From Amoebophrya sp. A120 (lineage: Eukaryota > Protista > Dinoflagellata), in the NCBI GenBank assembly GCA_905178155.1, contig CAJINV010000008.1:1302001-1366000 (forward strand): a stretch of 64,000 nucleotides of DNA, in the 5' to 3' direction. Position numbers and translations under genes: made by a program. Below, piece after piece: positions 1 through 12,645 of this stretch; the stretch's first letter is position 1; every line of letters starts with the position of its first letter. Under the pieces are notes generated by a model. It saw only the letters and a list, made by a program, of their open reading frames with translations. It was not told the DNA's origin and searched no databases.

Positions 1-1
1 A

Positions 2-1390
2 GGAAAGGGCCACACCTGGCTCGCGGCCGGCGTAGTGGAATTGCTGTACACAGCCATGCTGTGCTTCGTGGTGTTGAACGTGGCCTGCGCGTCGGCCAGC
101 ACGGACAACCAGTACTACGGGCTGGCCATCGGGTTTGTGGTTGTCGCGGGAGGCTATGCGGTGGGCACCATTTCCGGGGGTTGCTTCAACCCCGCCGTCT
201 CCTTCGGTATCGACCTGGCCAGCTACGACAAGGGCGTCTACATGTGCTTCGTGTACCTCGTGTTCCAGATGATCGGCGCCGCGCTCGCGGCCGGGCTCTT
301 TCGCCTGGTCCGCGCGGAGGACTTCGGCGGCGTGGCGAACACGCTGAACAGCAAGTTGATCGCGGAAGCCGTCGGAACCTTCGTACTCACCCTCACCGTG
401 GGCTTCAACGTGCTCACGGCCTCCGCCGCGGGCGCGTACTCCATCGGGGCCAGCTTGATGTGCATGATCTACGCGCTGGGGAACGTTTCTGGCGCGCACT
501 TCAACCCGGCGGTAACGCTGGCCGTGCTGTTGTCCGGGCGGGACATCATCTCCACCAACGATGCGCTGAAGTACATGGGGGTGCAGACCCTGGCCGCCAT
601 GGTGGCCGGCCTCACCTACATGGGCGTGCTGGGCATGTCTTTCCGCGTGGCGCCGGGACTGGGCTGGTTCAAGACGGGACTGGGCGAGGTCGTCTACACC
701 GCCCTGCTCTGCTTCGTTGTGCTCTCGGTCGCCACGGTCAAGAAGCCGTCCGCTGATATGTTCGGCCTCGCGATCGGCTCGGTTATCACCGTCGCGGGCT
801 TCGCCGGCGCAAGCATGGGAGTGGTACATTTTAACTTATGTTCAGTTACCACTGTGTTTTCTCTTTTTTCTTACATTCTGTCCATGCCGTACTGAACACG
901 GATTGTTTGACAAAACTAAATCTAAAACGACAAAAATTAATAAAGGTATTGAACCCGGCGTACGAAATTGTAATGCGCGCATTCACAAGCTCACTGCGTC
1001 CAAACCCGACATGTGTTGTTATGGATTGCCTGTCTGAACTGGTTTACAAGAATTCCAAATGCCACTCGTTACAGGAAATTCCTCTACAAGTTCATTTCAT
1101 GCTTAAAAGTACATTGTGCGTGCATCTATAAAGCCTGGTCCTGCCAGATATGACCATTTTTTCGTTCGCGGTTAAATTGCGCAGAGCGGCGATTGCGTGG
1201 ACTTTCGTCTTTCCATAGCGGTGTCGGAATCGGCATCGATTTCACGAACATGGTGAAAGGCGGACACTTCGGAAACTCTCTGCTGTATACCTTGCTGGAG
1301 GGTGTCGGCGCTGCCGCTGCCGTTGGACTCTTCAAAACCGTCCGCCCTGCTGAGTACGACGCCGTAAAACCCGGAAAGTTGATGCCGTAA
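2..1390 (+). CDS. Aquaporin / major intrinsic protein with tandem MIP domains, 5'-partial; exons <2..823, 946..959, 1219..1390
   Basis: GCFNPAV (188-196), GAHFNPAV (503-511) and AEAVGTF are MIP signatures. A third NPA is assembled through a 14-nt micro-exon using GT-AG introns 824..945 and 960..1218. The last exon VGIGIDF...LFKTVR parallels VSFGIDL...LFRLVR of the first repeat. Confidence 0.92.
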
Positions 1391-3450
1391 AAGAAAAGTG
1401 CGTTTTAAAGTGAGATAGTACTATCGGGTCGTGTTGTTAATGTTATGTACATAATACGTCCTTCTCCTTTGTACAATATGAATATGTTTGCGTCATCTAA
1501 TTTTTATTTTTGTGGCTGACGCTGACGCAGACACTATAGGAGCTGCTCCGAGTCACTGTCACATGATGCTGCAATTTTCATCTGTAGGAACAATCAGGCT
1601 TTCATCATGCATTTCATTGTAGGATTTAGATTTCCTGATATTGGAAGACGCGGCGCGTATCAGCTCCTTGCTTCGTGAGAGTTTAGATTCTGTTCTATCG
1701 CGATGCAATGCCAATGTAGCAAAGCGAACCCCTTCCAGGAACTGCACATGTAAATTTACTAATCGAAGCTAAGGGGGTTATTTGCAATTGTTCTTGTTAT
1801 ACTCGGGTTGCAACTTGACTCAGAGGTTTTCGATATTTTCTAATTTTCCGTTTAGCAATTGGTTTTGTTCGTGTGTATAAAAATGCAATTAGCTCTCGCA
1901 ATTATAGCAGGGCTGACTTTATTTAGTGATAGTGTTCATCATCGCACCCAGAAAGAATGTTTTTTCATCACGTTTACTTCTGCCGTCAAGTTGGCCGGTG
2001 TATAATAGAAATGGTAATAAATGTGCTGGTTGCGTCCTCCTGTCGAGTGCAGGAAGTCCCGCTGCGGCTCTGATTGCGAAGCAAAAGGATGAAGGGACTC
2101 GCAGTGTCCCAGTTGTGCTAGGCGCCGGCCACCGCTGCTTTCGTTGGTTTCACAAGACTAGATCGGCAGCCTGTATGCAGCACCGAGTGAAAAAAATAAA
2201 GGCATAGTGGCTGTGTTGAGTGTCAGAAGGCAGATGTTGCCTGTCTACAGATTCTGTACTATGACTATCTGGCACCGCCATTAGCATGCGCTGTGGTTCT
2301 GGCTGATTCATCTTCTGCCGATAGTCCGATGGGATTCGGCGCGTTACATTTCTTACTTGTCGACCCGAGAGCCGCCCGCTCGCTTGCTTCATCTGCAGAG
2401 AAAATCTAGTAAGTGTAAATCTGACTTCGTACTACCTTCTTAGTTTGATTGACCGCGATCGTGGCGTTTGACTTCGGTGTGAGGTCGATTCCCAGGAGAC
2501 ATTCAGCTAGCGGCACTATTGCTTTATTAATATAATGTGAGCAAGACTAGCACAAGCTTGTGACAAGTTAATTTGTCAAGTCCCAAGAGCAAGACGTCCC
2601 ATAGTAGGTGGTGCTACCAGTCGACACGAAATTTTTAGTGCGTCGAATCGGCAACTTTGTCGTGTCCCTTTTCCATTTCGTCTCGTTCATTAGTACCGAA
2701 GTACGTGATGATATCCCGCCGTCATCATGTTTCGGTGTGCCGCCGTAGTCAAGAAAAAACCTACCTCGGTTGCTACTCTTGTGCATCGCCTCGGTATGCA
2801 GTTGTTCTTTCCTGTTGATTTCGTCTTACCGAAATTCATGCGCATTTCTTGGCGCTGACGTTATATATAAATCGGTGTGTCATCCTCGTTGAAAGAAATT
2901 GAAATAACATATCGGTCGTGAGTCTTCTGCTTCTGCATCAACAACTCGGTGTACTGGTACTGCGGTACGTTCCTGCATGAAGATTTCGTATGATGTGCCA
3001 ACATCGGAAAGGTGATTGCACGTCGTCGTTCAAAGAAGTGCCATGGTTGTCTAGCTGTATGGCGGCATCACACGCATGACATCGGTAAGTATTGTTATGT
3101 GTGCCATGTTCGATGCGTCTTCGGCCGTTTGATGTCTGATGCAATAAATCAGTTAAGTTTCTTATTTGTGTCTTCATGCTTTTCCCTCATTTGTCCGACC
3201 TGTTTCAGCGTAGCGTAATCAATGTTTTGCGTGCTGTTTACATATAGCCCGATGAGGTAGCCCCTCACTATGGTAAACTACTACGCTCCTGGAGAGGAAA
3301 CGTAAATGAAGAATGCGAAAAAAAAGAGAAAGCTTTTGATTTAGCGAGCGTATTGGTATTTTATAATATTTTGCAAGTTGTCCAGCAGCATCCTTGAAGG
3401 TGAACATTACCACTCAGGAGTATTTCTACTCCCGTACAGGTAGAGGGAAA

Positions 3451-6400
3451 ATGAGCGGGCACATGCCGATGCGCGTGCTTCTGGGAAGAGCGACGCTCTC
3501 AATCTTGCTTTCAGAAACGACATGCTGGGGTTTCTCTAGTGAGTCCGTCGCTCGCGGCGAGGAACATAGTGCGCGCCACATCTCAAGTAGCGCCGCTGGA
3601 CATGTCGGCTCTTTTGCAGGGGAGCTGCCTTCAGGTGCGGCCAGGCTCACGCACCTCCGCCATGAGCGTCAGTCAGAGAGTGTTCAACAAAATACTGGCA
3701 GCAGCGACACTCTGCCTGCTTCATCATTGTCCGACGGCGGCAATTCAGGCGAAGTCAGGGAAAGTACGGAGTTTTTGCCGGTTGACAATTCTCCTCACCG
3801 CTGCGATCGAGGGCTGGACGGCGAAGTGCGGAGAGGGCGTAAGTCCATTGAGGAAAGCGAAGCGACGAGGAGTTTGGAGCACCAGCAGTGGTTCAAAAGG
3901 GATGCTGAACTAGTTCGTGCGGCCTCGTCGACGACACGATCTTCTTTACGACATGGAGCAGACAACGAACAGGGTTTCGGGTCCAGAGAGAAACAAGATA
4001 TCCAGCCGCATCATCTTGTACGATTAGAATCAGATCACCGACAAAGAAATCGCACTGCAGAGACGGATGTCACGCCACCACAAGATCATCGGAAAAATCA
4101 GCAGAGCGCAGAAGATGGAGTACCAACAGTTTTTGACTTGGCCCCGAAGAATTATACTGCAGTACAGTTCATCCAGTACGACCAGTTCCAAAAGACATCC
4201 GGAATTGAGACGCAGAGGCAGCGACGCGGCGCTGGCGACGTTCATCCTCTGGCGCTTCTTCAGGTTCAGCAGCGCGAGCGCTACTTATGTCACTGGAAGC
4301 ACAAGCGCATGATCATGAAGCAATTTGCGCTGAGTCTTCTGGCATTAACAACGATGTGGCCTGTGTCTGATCGAGCTCTGCTATGTAAAGATGCATTGAT
4401 TTCTTGAGTAATTTATTTATGTTGGTATAATATCGATCAGGGCACCCGCACCAGGCTACTCCTGCCGCGCGTCGGAGGGGGGAGCTGTGCCGAGCCCCGC
4501 TCGAACTAATCATCATCATAGTGGATTTTTGGCTCTGAAGCAGTCTCTTTCGTGGTTTCTGGTCCTGATCTCCAGATAGTGCTAGCAGTAAATTTAGCAG
4601 GACGAGCAGGGCCCATCCTCTTCTTTTTCGTTTAGGATTCCTAGGGGAGGACGGCCCGGCAAAGCCAAAGGTGACCGTGCGTGGTGAGGAGAAATTAATA
4701 GCTGTGTGTAGCGTTGTAATAAAACTCGACATCGGCGTAAATAAAATAAGTGACATGCTCTACGACTGTGGCTCTGGCATACACGCGACTCTCGGGGGAC
4801 TGGGTCAATGCAGGTTATGGAGGGACCTTTTATGATGGTTATGGACCTGGTACTGGAGCAAGCGGCGCCACACCCGTCGCGCAACCGACATCGCAACAAG
4901 GTGGAGGCGGCATCGACTTGAATGCTGGTCTGCGCGCTGCCGCTGGTCAAGCGACACTATGCCACGCGAAATGGGGGGCAGAGTCACTTTGGCAATAAAA
5001 AAACAGGAACATGACCAGCTCAACATACTTATGTTGCATAGGAGAGATGAAGGAGAACTGATCTTCGAGATAATATCAGAGTATTTGTATTATAGTGAAC
5101 TTCGGACAAATACCTAGTCCGCATGCGGGTTCCTTTCTTCATCTCCATATATGAAGAGTAGCTGCAAGAGCATGAAGGTGAACCTCAAAACTGCGCATTC
5201 CTTTATTGGTAAGTATGAGTTGCAGCTATTGCTTGTAGCAATTTGATTTAAGTAGAAATACAAATTAGTACGCCTACGGCTACGCCTGGTTCCTTCGTGT
5301 TTCGCGAGAATATAGAGCCGAGGGCGCAAACGCAGCTTCGGGGGCTTTCCAGGATGCGGCCCAGCACACCGCTGATGCGGCTGTAGAGGCGGTAAGGTAT
5401 GCTCAAACGGACCCTCGCGGGGCTGCCGCACATGCAAAAGATTGGGTTGTAGAAGGAACTAAAGGCGCTTATGCGACATTTGGTGGATTTTCGCAGATTC
5501 AGGCCGCTGCGAAAGGTTTCCAGGACACTGCTTGGTGGCTTCAGCACCCAGAAAAATGGCAGGGAGCCATCCAACATGGCTTGGACCAGTTTAACAACGC
5601 GCCCTGGCAGATGAAAGTGATCCTGGCTCTCGAAGTCGGGCTGACCGTCGCGGCTCCGGTCTGTGCGGGCGTCTTTATCGCGGAGGCGTCGGCGCCACTG
5701 ATGCTCGCAGTCGGGACCACGCTGACGGAAGGGGCGGGTGCCCTCTCTATGGCGGAATGGGGCACGGCCATGGGCAGCACTGCTCTCCAAGCCGTTCTTG
5801 GGGACTTCTACCAGCTCGGTGAACTTGCCTTTATCAAAGGTGGAAAAGACGCAGCTGTGCATTGGACCAAGCACGCAGAAGACTGTTTTGGAAAGCTAAC
5901 TCCTGAAGAAGAGACGCTTGCGAAAGCGCTTATGCGTAAAGAGCTCTTCCAAGACGTCGTAGAGTTGAACCGCCTGGAGATTCTAATGAAGAAATCTGGA
6001 CAATTGTTGACACACCAGCCACTGGCTGACGAAGTACGTGAAGGACTTGTCACTGAGGTCACCCGTACGAGATTGCACAGCACTCCCTTTCTCCCGATTG
6101 TCATGTCATTTAAGTACAAATGAAGATGTGTGTCCGAGAATCAAAATAAGAATCAAAACACTAATGTTGACCACAAGACCATTTAAACAAAAGCAGATTA
6201 ATTATGTGTCTACTGCTTGCAATGTTCTGTTGGCATTGATTGCATTGCAGCTGGGTTTTCTCGGTGCTATCCCGAAAGGAAGTACAATCCGGTGCAGCAG
6301 TGGCATGCTCTCTCATGCAAGAGTTGGATGCAGCACCATATATTCGTATTCTCCGGACCATACTGATTCTGTATCTGTATCTGTTCTCGCGGATGCCCCT

Positions 6401-7340
6401 CGAATGATGGAGAGAGGGAGGAGTTGTGCACTTCCACAGGCGACACCTTGCGGACACGGCTCGATGGCGTTCCTGGGGAAGCGCTGCGGACAGAAGCTCT
6501 CGAAAATGCAGCGGCGCGACACCAAGGACTCGAAGACTTCTTTGAACATCCCCAAGGCTCCGTTCAAGAAAACGTGGAGGAAACAGTAGCGAATTCCGTT
6601 AAAAATCTCGATACTTTTCGAGACAAAGTACAACAAGACTCCGGAAAATTCTTTCAGGAGATGAATGTGGCTTCAAAAGAACACGCATATGAGGCGATGC
6701 AGGGCGCTGAACAGGGTCTGTCAAAAGCGATTCAGGGTGCACCGGACCAACTCTCCTCCGGATGGAAAGCTTCTGCGAACGGCGTCACTGGCCTGCTAAC
6801 CAATCCTTCTGATCTAAACCTAAATATGAATGGCATCGCGGACTCTGGTGTGGACCTAGTTGAGGACATCGGGGGCAAAGCAGGCAAGCTGGCAGAACCA
6901 CATGCCATGGAGGCGTTGGCCGTGGCACACGGATTGCGGCGCGAAGCCAATCTCCTCGAAGACAAATTAATTTTGACTGACAAGGAGAGAAAACTGTATG
7001 ACATTTTCCTGAATGGTGGAAGTAAAGAGGATGAGTTGAAGAAAATCGATGACGCAGTGGTTGAGGCTCGAAAAAGTGCCGCAGAGCAGCAAGCAAAATT
7101 AGCAGAGGAGACTACTCACAAGATTAACTCAGTATTCGCGGAGAAGCAGAAAAAGCTCGACGATATCACGAAGGACGTGAAGCTGAACGAGAAGGGAGAA
7201 TTGCCACCGGATCAACAAGAAAAAATGCTGAAGGACGCAGAGAAACTCAAGGAAGAGCTGGACGAGCAGCACCTGAAGGAGATAGCAGAGAACAAGCAAA
7301 ATCTCGAGGAGCTGGCACAGGACACGATATCGCAATACCA
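3451..7340 (+). CDS. Multi-exon hypothetical secreted/membrane protein with signal-peptide-like N-terminus, hydrophobic segment and coiled coil; boundaries approximate, may continue downstream
   Basis: Co-oriented ORF blocks at 3451-~4300, 5503-~6055 and 6440-~7340 are separated by AT-richer intron-like spacers with AG/GT sites. N-terminus MRVLLGRATLSILLSETTCWG; Ala/Gly-rich hydrophobic stretch ILALEVGLTVAAPVCAGVFIA; E/K-rich heptad region at 7000-7330. Confidence 0.55.
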
Positions 7341-8809
7341 AGTCTTCGCACTAGCGTTTTTTTTCTTTTCTGGCGCTGGCTTCGAGGGTTAGTAATGCCT
7401 TCACGTGTTCCTAGAAGGTTTTTTCATGTCTTTCATCTTAGGGGTAGGACAAGCATGCACAGACAGCGCCCCAAGAACGCGCATGCAGTGACTTTTAATA
7501 TCAAATGGCGCGAGCTACTTGAACTTCTTTCAGTCGTAGTACCTAAGACAAAAAGGAACAGGAAAGATGAAGCAAGAGCTAGGATCATCTTGATTTTTCC
7601 ACACGCCGCGTCTTGCGCTCTTGGGTAGAATCGTCATTTTTGCTGGTTTGTCAAGTAGAAGTGGAACACCACATTGGAAGAAGGAAAGTTCGCTAGTGTC
7701 AAAATTTTTCGATGGGAGGAAGTGAGGCTGCTATTACGCACCAAGGAGACGAGGCAGCGAAGGATTTGCAACGAGTATCCACCAACAAATGTGCGCTGTG
7801 CGACGCGTCCCAAACAAGCTAAAATTGGTTGCAAAATAATGCATGTGCTGCGTCCCATTCGTGTTTCGCGAAATGGGTCGTACTAGATGATCCAGAGGTA
7901 GAGAAACTCTGATCATCATCATTTACATTTTTGCATCACTAGGCGGAACGATGCGGCTATTCAAGCTTCAGATTGAAAACATGACGTCTGACGTGGTTGC
8001 AGCTGCTTTTTTCTCTACGCAACCCACTTCTTCACTCGCACTGTTGTATCATCCCCCACGCACTCCTATCTAGAGGAGCATACTTATTCATCAACATTCT
8101 GCTTTTATTGCATACCTACGAAAAGATGACAAGGTCAAATGGGACAAGGTCAAAGAGGGAAGGAGATGTCATAAAAGGCGTTAACAAGAACCTGCATCAG
8201 CAGCCCGTGCCTAGTGAGATGCTGCTGATACTAGGAAAGTAAGTAATGTGTTGCGCAGGACGTCGTTGGTTCTTTAGATATACCTATCGAAATCATGCGG
8301 CCACCTAAACGAGAGCAAAGAAAATGCATCAATTAGCGTGTGGTCTAACTACTTTGCACCCTGTTTTCTGCGCGTTTGGGTATTGCACAGCTACTTCCTC
8401 GCATAGGGGAACTACGACGAGCTACGCGACGAAGTTCCTGAAATGATATCCCTCTGAAAACGGTACCTGTTGCCCTCCTACGAGAGCCCGATCATTCTAG
8501 CTGCCTGTCGTGTGATCTTCCTGCCATGCCGTTCCCATTTATGTCATACTAGCCTTATCCCGCTTCCCGTGTCCAGTAACCTGCAGACTTAATAGTATTC
8601 CGCTAGATGAATAGTAGCACTCAGCGTCTCCCTGTGGAGAATCGTTGTCGGCGCTTCAGCACAGGCAGGCCCATCTGCCGGCGATTTTCAAAGCGCCCGA
8701 ACGGCTTTGGCACGATCCGGCGCCGGCCGGCGCGGCGGGGAGGTAGGCCGTTGCCGTCATCTTGCATGCTGGCGCCGGCGGGGCCACGATCTGGCGGCGG
8801 GGGGCGGGC

Positions 8810-10134
8810 ATGGTCGGGCACCCGACACCGGCGTGGCCAGGGTCCGGCACCGGCTTGGGCATGATCGGGCACCGGCACGGCCATGACCTGGCACCGGCGT
8901 GGCCACGACCTGGCACCGCCTTGGCCATGATCCCGCACCGGTTTGGCTATGCTCTGGCACAGGCAGGCAGCCAGGCAGGCAGGCTTGGCCATGATTCATC
9001 TGGCACCGGCTCGGCCACGACCTGGCGCCGGCGGGCGCGGCTTGGCAGGCCATAATCCGGCACCGGCTTGGCTTTGTCATGAGATGATCTGGCCCCGGCT
9101 TGGCCATGATTTGGCGCCGGCTTCGGCTTGGCCACGACCCGGAGCCGGCTCGGCTTTGCCACCCATGACCTGGAACCGGCTTGGCCATGGCCTGAGGAAG
9201 CGCCGGCCTTGCCGTGACCTGGCACCGACCGGCCTGGCCACGACCTGGCACCGGCAGGCTTGGCCATGGTGTGGCACCGGCCGGGCCATGACCTGGCACG
9301 GGCCTGGCCATGATCTGGCACCGGCTTGGCCATGACCTGCCAGGCACCGGCCTGGCCATGATCTGGCACCGGCTTGGCCATGGTCTGGCGTCGGCCTTGC
9401 CGCGGCCTGGCACCGTGCGGCTTGGCCATGATCTGGCACCGGCCTGGCAGGCTTTGGCCATGATGTGGCGCCGGGCGGCTTGGCCACGACCTGGAACCGG
9501 CTTGGCCATGATCTGGCGCCGGCTTGGCTCTGATCTCATCAGGCGCCGGCCTGGCCATGATCTCTCTGGCGCCGGCTTGGCCACGACCTGGCACCGGCTT
9601 GGCCGCGATCTGGCACCGGCTTGGTCATGATCTGGCACCGGCTCGGCCACGACCTGGCACCGGCTGGCTGGCAGGCTTGGCCATGATTTGGCAGGCTTGG
9701 CCATGACCCGGCACCGGCCGGCGCGACAGTTTTCGTTTTGGCCATGATCTGGCACCGGCTTGGCCACGACCTGGCGCCGGCACGGCCATGATCTGGCACC
9801 GGGTTGGCTATGATCTGGCACCGGGTTGGCTATGATCCATCTGGCACCGGCTTGGCAGGTTTTGGCCATGACCTGGCACCGGCTTGGCCATGATCTGGCA
9901 CCGGCTTGGCCATGCTCTGGCACCGGCTTGGCCACGACCTGGCACCGGCTTGGGCATGATCTGGCACCGGCTTGGCCATGATGTGGCACCGGCTGGCAGG
10001 CTTGGCCATTATCTGGCACCGGCGGGCTTGGCGGGCTTTGTTTGGCCATGATCTGGCACCGGCCGGGCCGCGACCTGGCAGGCGCCGGCTTGGCCCTGAT
10101 GTGGCACCGGGTTGGCCATGATCTGGCACCGGCC
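8810..10134. repeat. GC-rich minisatellite, ~22-bp unit GGCTTGGCCATGATCTGGCACC
   Basis: Dozens of tandem degenerate copies run into the N gap. The repetitive ORFs in all six frames are artefacts of this array. Confidence 0.95.
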
Positions 10135-10904
10135 NNNNNNNNNNNNNNNNNNNNNNNNNNNNNNNNNNNNNNNNNNNNNNNNNNNNNNNNNNNNNNNNNN
10201 NNNNNNNNNNNNNNNNNNNNNNNNNNNNNNNNNNNNNNNNNNNNNNNNNNNNNNNNNNNNNNNNNNNNNNNNNNNNNNNNNNNNNNNNNNNNNNNNNNNN
10301 NNNNNNNNNNNNNNNNNNNNNNNNNNNNNNNNNNNNNNNNNNNNNNNNNNNNNNNNNNNNNNNNNNNNNNNNNNNNNNNNNNNNNNNNNNNNNNNNNNNN
10401 NNNNNNNNNNNNNNNNNNNNNNNNNNNNNNNNNNNNNNNNNNNNNNNNNNNNNNNNNNNNNNNNNNNNNNNNNNNNNNNNNNNNNNNNNNNNNNNNNNNN
10501 NNNNNNNNNNNNNNNNNNNNNNNNNNNNNNNNNNNNNNNNNNNNNNNNNNNNNNNNNNNNNNNNNNNNNNNNNNNNNNNNNNNNNNNNNNNNNNNNNNNN
10601 NNNNNNNNNNNNNNNNNNNNNNNNNNNNNNNNNNNNNNNNNNNNNNNNNNNNNNNNNNNNNNNNNNNNNNNNNNNNNNNNNNNNNNNNNNNNNNNNNNNN
10701 NNNNNNNNNNNNNNNNNNNNNNNNNNNNNNNNNNNNNNNNNNNNNNNNNNNNNNNNNNNNNNNNNNNNNNNNNNNNNNNNNNNNNNNNNNNNNNNNNNNN
10801 NNNNNNNNNNNNNNNNNNNNNNNNNNNNNNNNNNNNNNNNNNNNNNNNNNNNNNNNNNNNNNNNNNNNNNNNNNNNNNNNNNNNNNNNNNNNNNNNNNNN
10901 NNNN
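10135..10904. other. Assembly gap (770 N)
   Basis: Run of n characters. Confidence 1.
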
Positions 10905-10955
10905 GGCTCCGCTGCTTCGAGGCTCCGCTGCTTCGAGGCTCCGCTGCTTCGAGGC
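10905..10955. repeat. 16-bp tandem repeat GGCTCCGCTGCTTCGA (3 copies visible)
   Basis: Exact tandem copies emerge from the gap, followed by degenerate TTCGAGGC copies up to ~10995. Confidence 0.9.
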
Positions 10956-11029
10956 TTCCTTCGGCGTTTCGAGGCCTCATCGTTTCGAGGCTTCGCCGCT
11001 TAGAAGCTTGGGCACTTTGTCTGCATTTC

Positions 11030-11300
11030 GTTGTTGTTGTTTTTCGTTTTTATTCTTTGTTTCCGTTTTTTGTTTTCATTCTTTGTTTTCATTCTTTGTT
11101 TTCATTCTTTGTTTTCATGTTTTCGTTTTTCGTTTCTATTCTTTGTTTTCGTTTTCCGTTTCCATTCTTTGTTTTCGTTTTTCGTTTCCATTCTTTGTTT
11201 TCGTTTTTCGTTTCCATTCTTTGTTTTCTTTTTTCGTTTCCATTCTTTGTTTTCGTTTTTCGTTTCCATTCTTTGTTTCCGTTTTTCGTTTCTATTGTTT
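11030..11300. repeat. T-rich minisatellite, ~27-bp unit TTTTCGTTTTTCGTTTCCATTCTTTGT
   Basis: Tandem degenerate copies are directly visible. Confidence 0.9.
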
Positions 11301-11488
11301 ATTTTTATTGCGGGATACTATTAAATAATGGGTTTTCTGACTTATAACTAGTCATGGTAGAGATTTATACCAATTCATCTTCTACTTTAATATAAATATG
11401 TATTATACTCGGAAGATGCTCTATCCCATGCAGGATGCGTTTCCATGGTTGTGCTTTCTGACGCGTCGATGAAGTATGAATGTACCAC

Positions 11489-12484
11489 CTGCAAGATGAA
11501 AGCCGCGTGGAACGCGCCGCTTTGCGATAGGTAGGGGCTTCCGACTGCCATTTTTCGGGTAAGTTTCGCACCTAAGATAACAACATGACGCGAGCCTCCG
11601 AGAGGTGCTTGGGCGCAGAGCCCCTTTCCCCAAAAGTGGCAATTTGTAATGCGCGTTTCGCATTACAAATGGCCTTCTTTTATGACCCGTCTTGGGCTCG
11701 CTCTCCGGGCCAGGTCACAAATCTGAGCCCCTGGATCAGCAGAATGCCGTGCTGTGAGGGTTCAGATTTTTGATGCAAAACGTGGCTCCGCGAAAAAAGT
11801 CTGCACCTCGGCAATGAGGTCCCCAAGTGGAGGTGCAGACGTTTTTCGCGCGGGGGGGGGGAAAGTGGGGCAGATAGGTCGTGTTTGTCTGCGCCGCGAA
11901 AAAAGTCTGCACCTCCGAAATTGGCCTCCAGATGAGGTGTCCTCGGACACCTCTTCGGAGCCGTCCCGAGTCGCGGACCTCCGGGGCGACAAATTGCGGC
12001 CGCCCTTTCCGCATTGCCCCGAGCTGAATCGAGCTCAATTTGCAGGCAGAAAACTGCAGCTTGAGCTCATCCCCGAGTCGACCTCCTCCGAGGCCGCGAG
12101 GTTTGAACCAAAAATGAGCCTCTGCTTCAGCAAATTCAACTCATTCCCAAACAAGACACGCACTAGGTAAATCGTCAGGAATCAGGAGGGAGTGTGGGAA
12201 CTTGAAGAACTACAATTGCGAACCCGGGTGGACGACGTCCACCGATACCGAAGCACCGAGTCCCTCGGTGGCTGAGCTGTCTCCTCTGCTTCGTCCGCCG
12301 AGGCCTTGCCGGAATACCTGGCCTGCCCATTGCCTTGATTTCGTTTCATTGTGAAAAAAAATAAACACACAAGAAGGCGCCAGAAAATGCAGGATGCAAA
12401 AATTTTGATTTTTTTAGCTGCAGACATTTTTCAGTTTAGTAACTGCAAGATGAAAGCCGCGTGGAACGCGCCGGTTTGCGATAG
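11489..12484 (+). repeat. 42-bp direct repeat pair (11489-11530, 12443-12484) flanking a GT...AG segment with internal hairpins
   Basis: CTGCAAGATGAAAGCCGCGTGGAACGCGCCG(C/G)TTTGCGATAG occurs twice with one mismatch. The first copy is followed by GTAGGGG. Confidence 0.85.
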
Positions 12485-12645
12485 AGCATCACCATTAGAG
12501 GAACATGTCGCACCACAGCTTCGTGGTGTTTTGTTCCCCTACTATATGAAGCCGCTTTGTTTATTGTGATACGTGATTTTGGTTTTCCTCGTTTTGCATC
12601 AGGCTCTCCAAGGGTGGAAGCTGGTTTGTTTCTCCGTGAAACTTT

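Larger units (their letters stand above)
8589..11324. mobile_element. Putative TIR element enclosing satellite arrays and the assembly gap
   Basis: TTAATAGTATTCCGC (8589-8603) and GCGGGATACTATTAA (11310-11324) are inverted repeats with 14/15 identity, located at the edges of the repetitive block. No TSD is visible other than possibly TTAA itself. Confidence 0.45.

Noticed and set aside
8607-11347. Many overlapping repetitive ORFs, including ones spanning the N run
   Set aside because: They are translations of tandem repeats and the gap, open in several frames, with no protein-like content.
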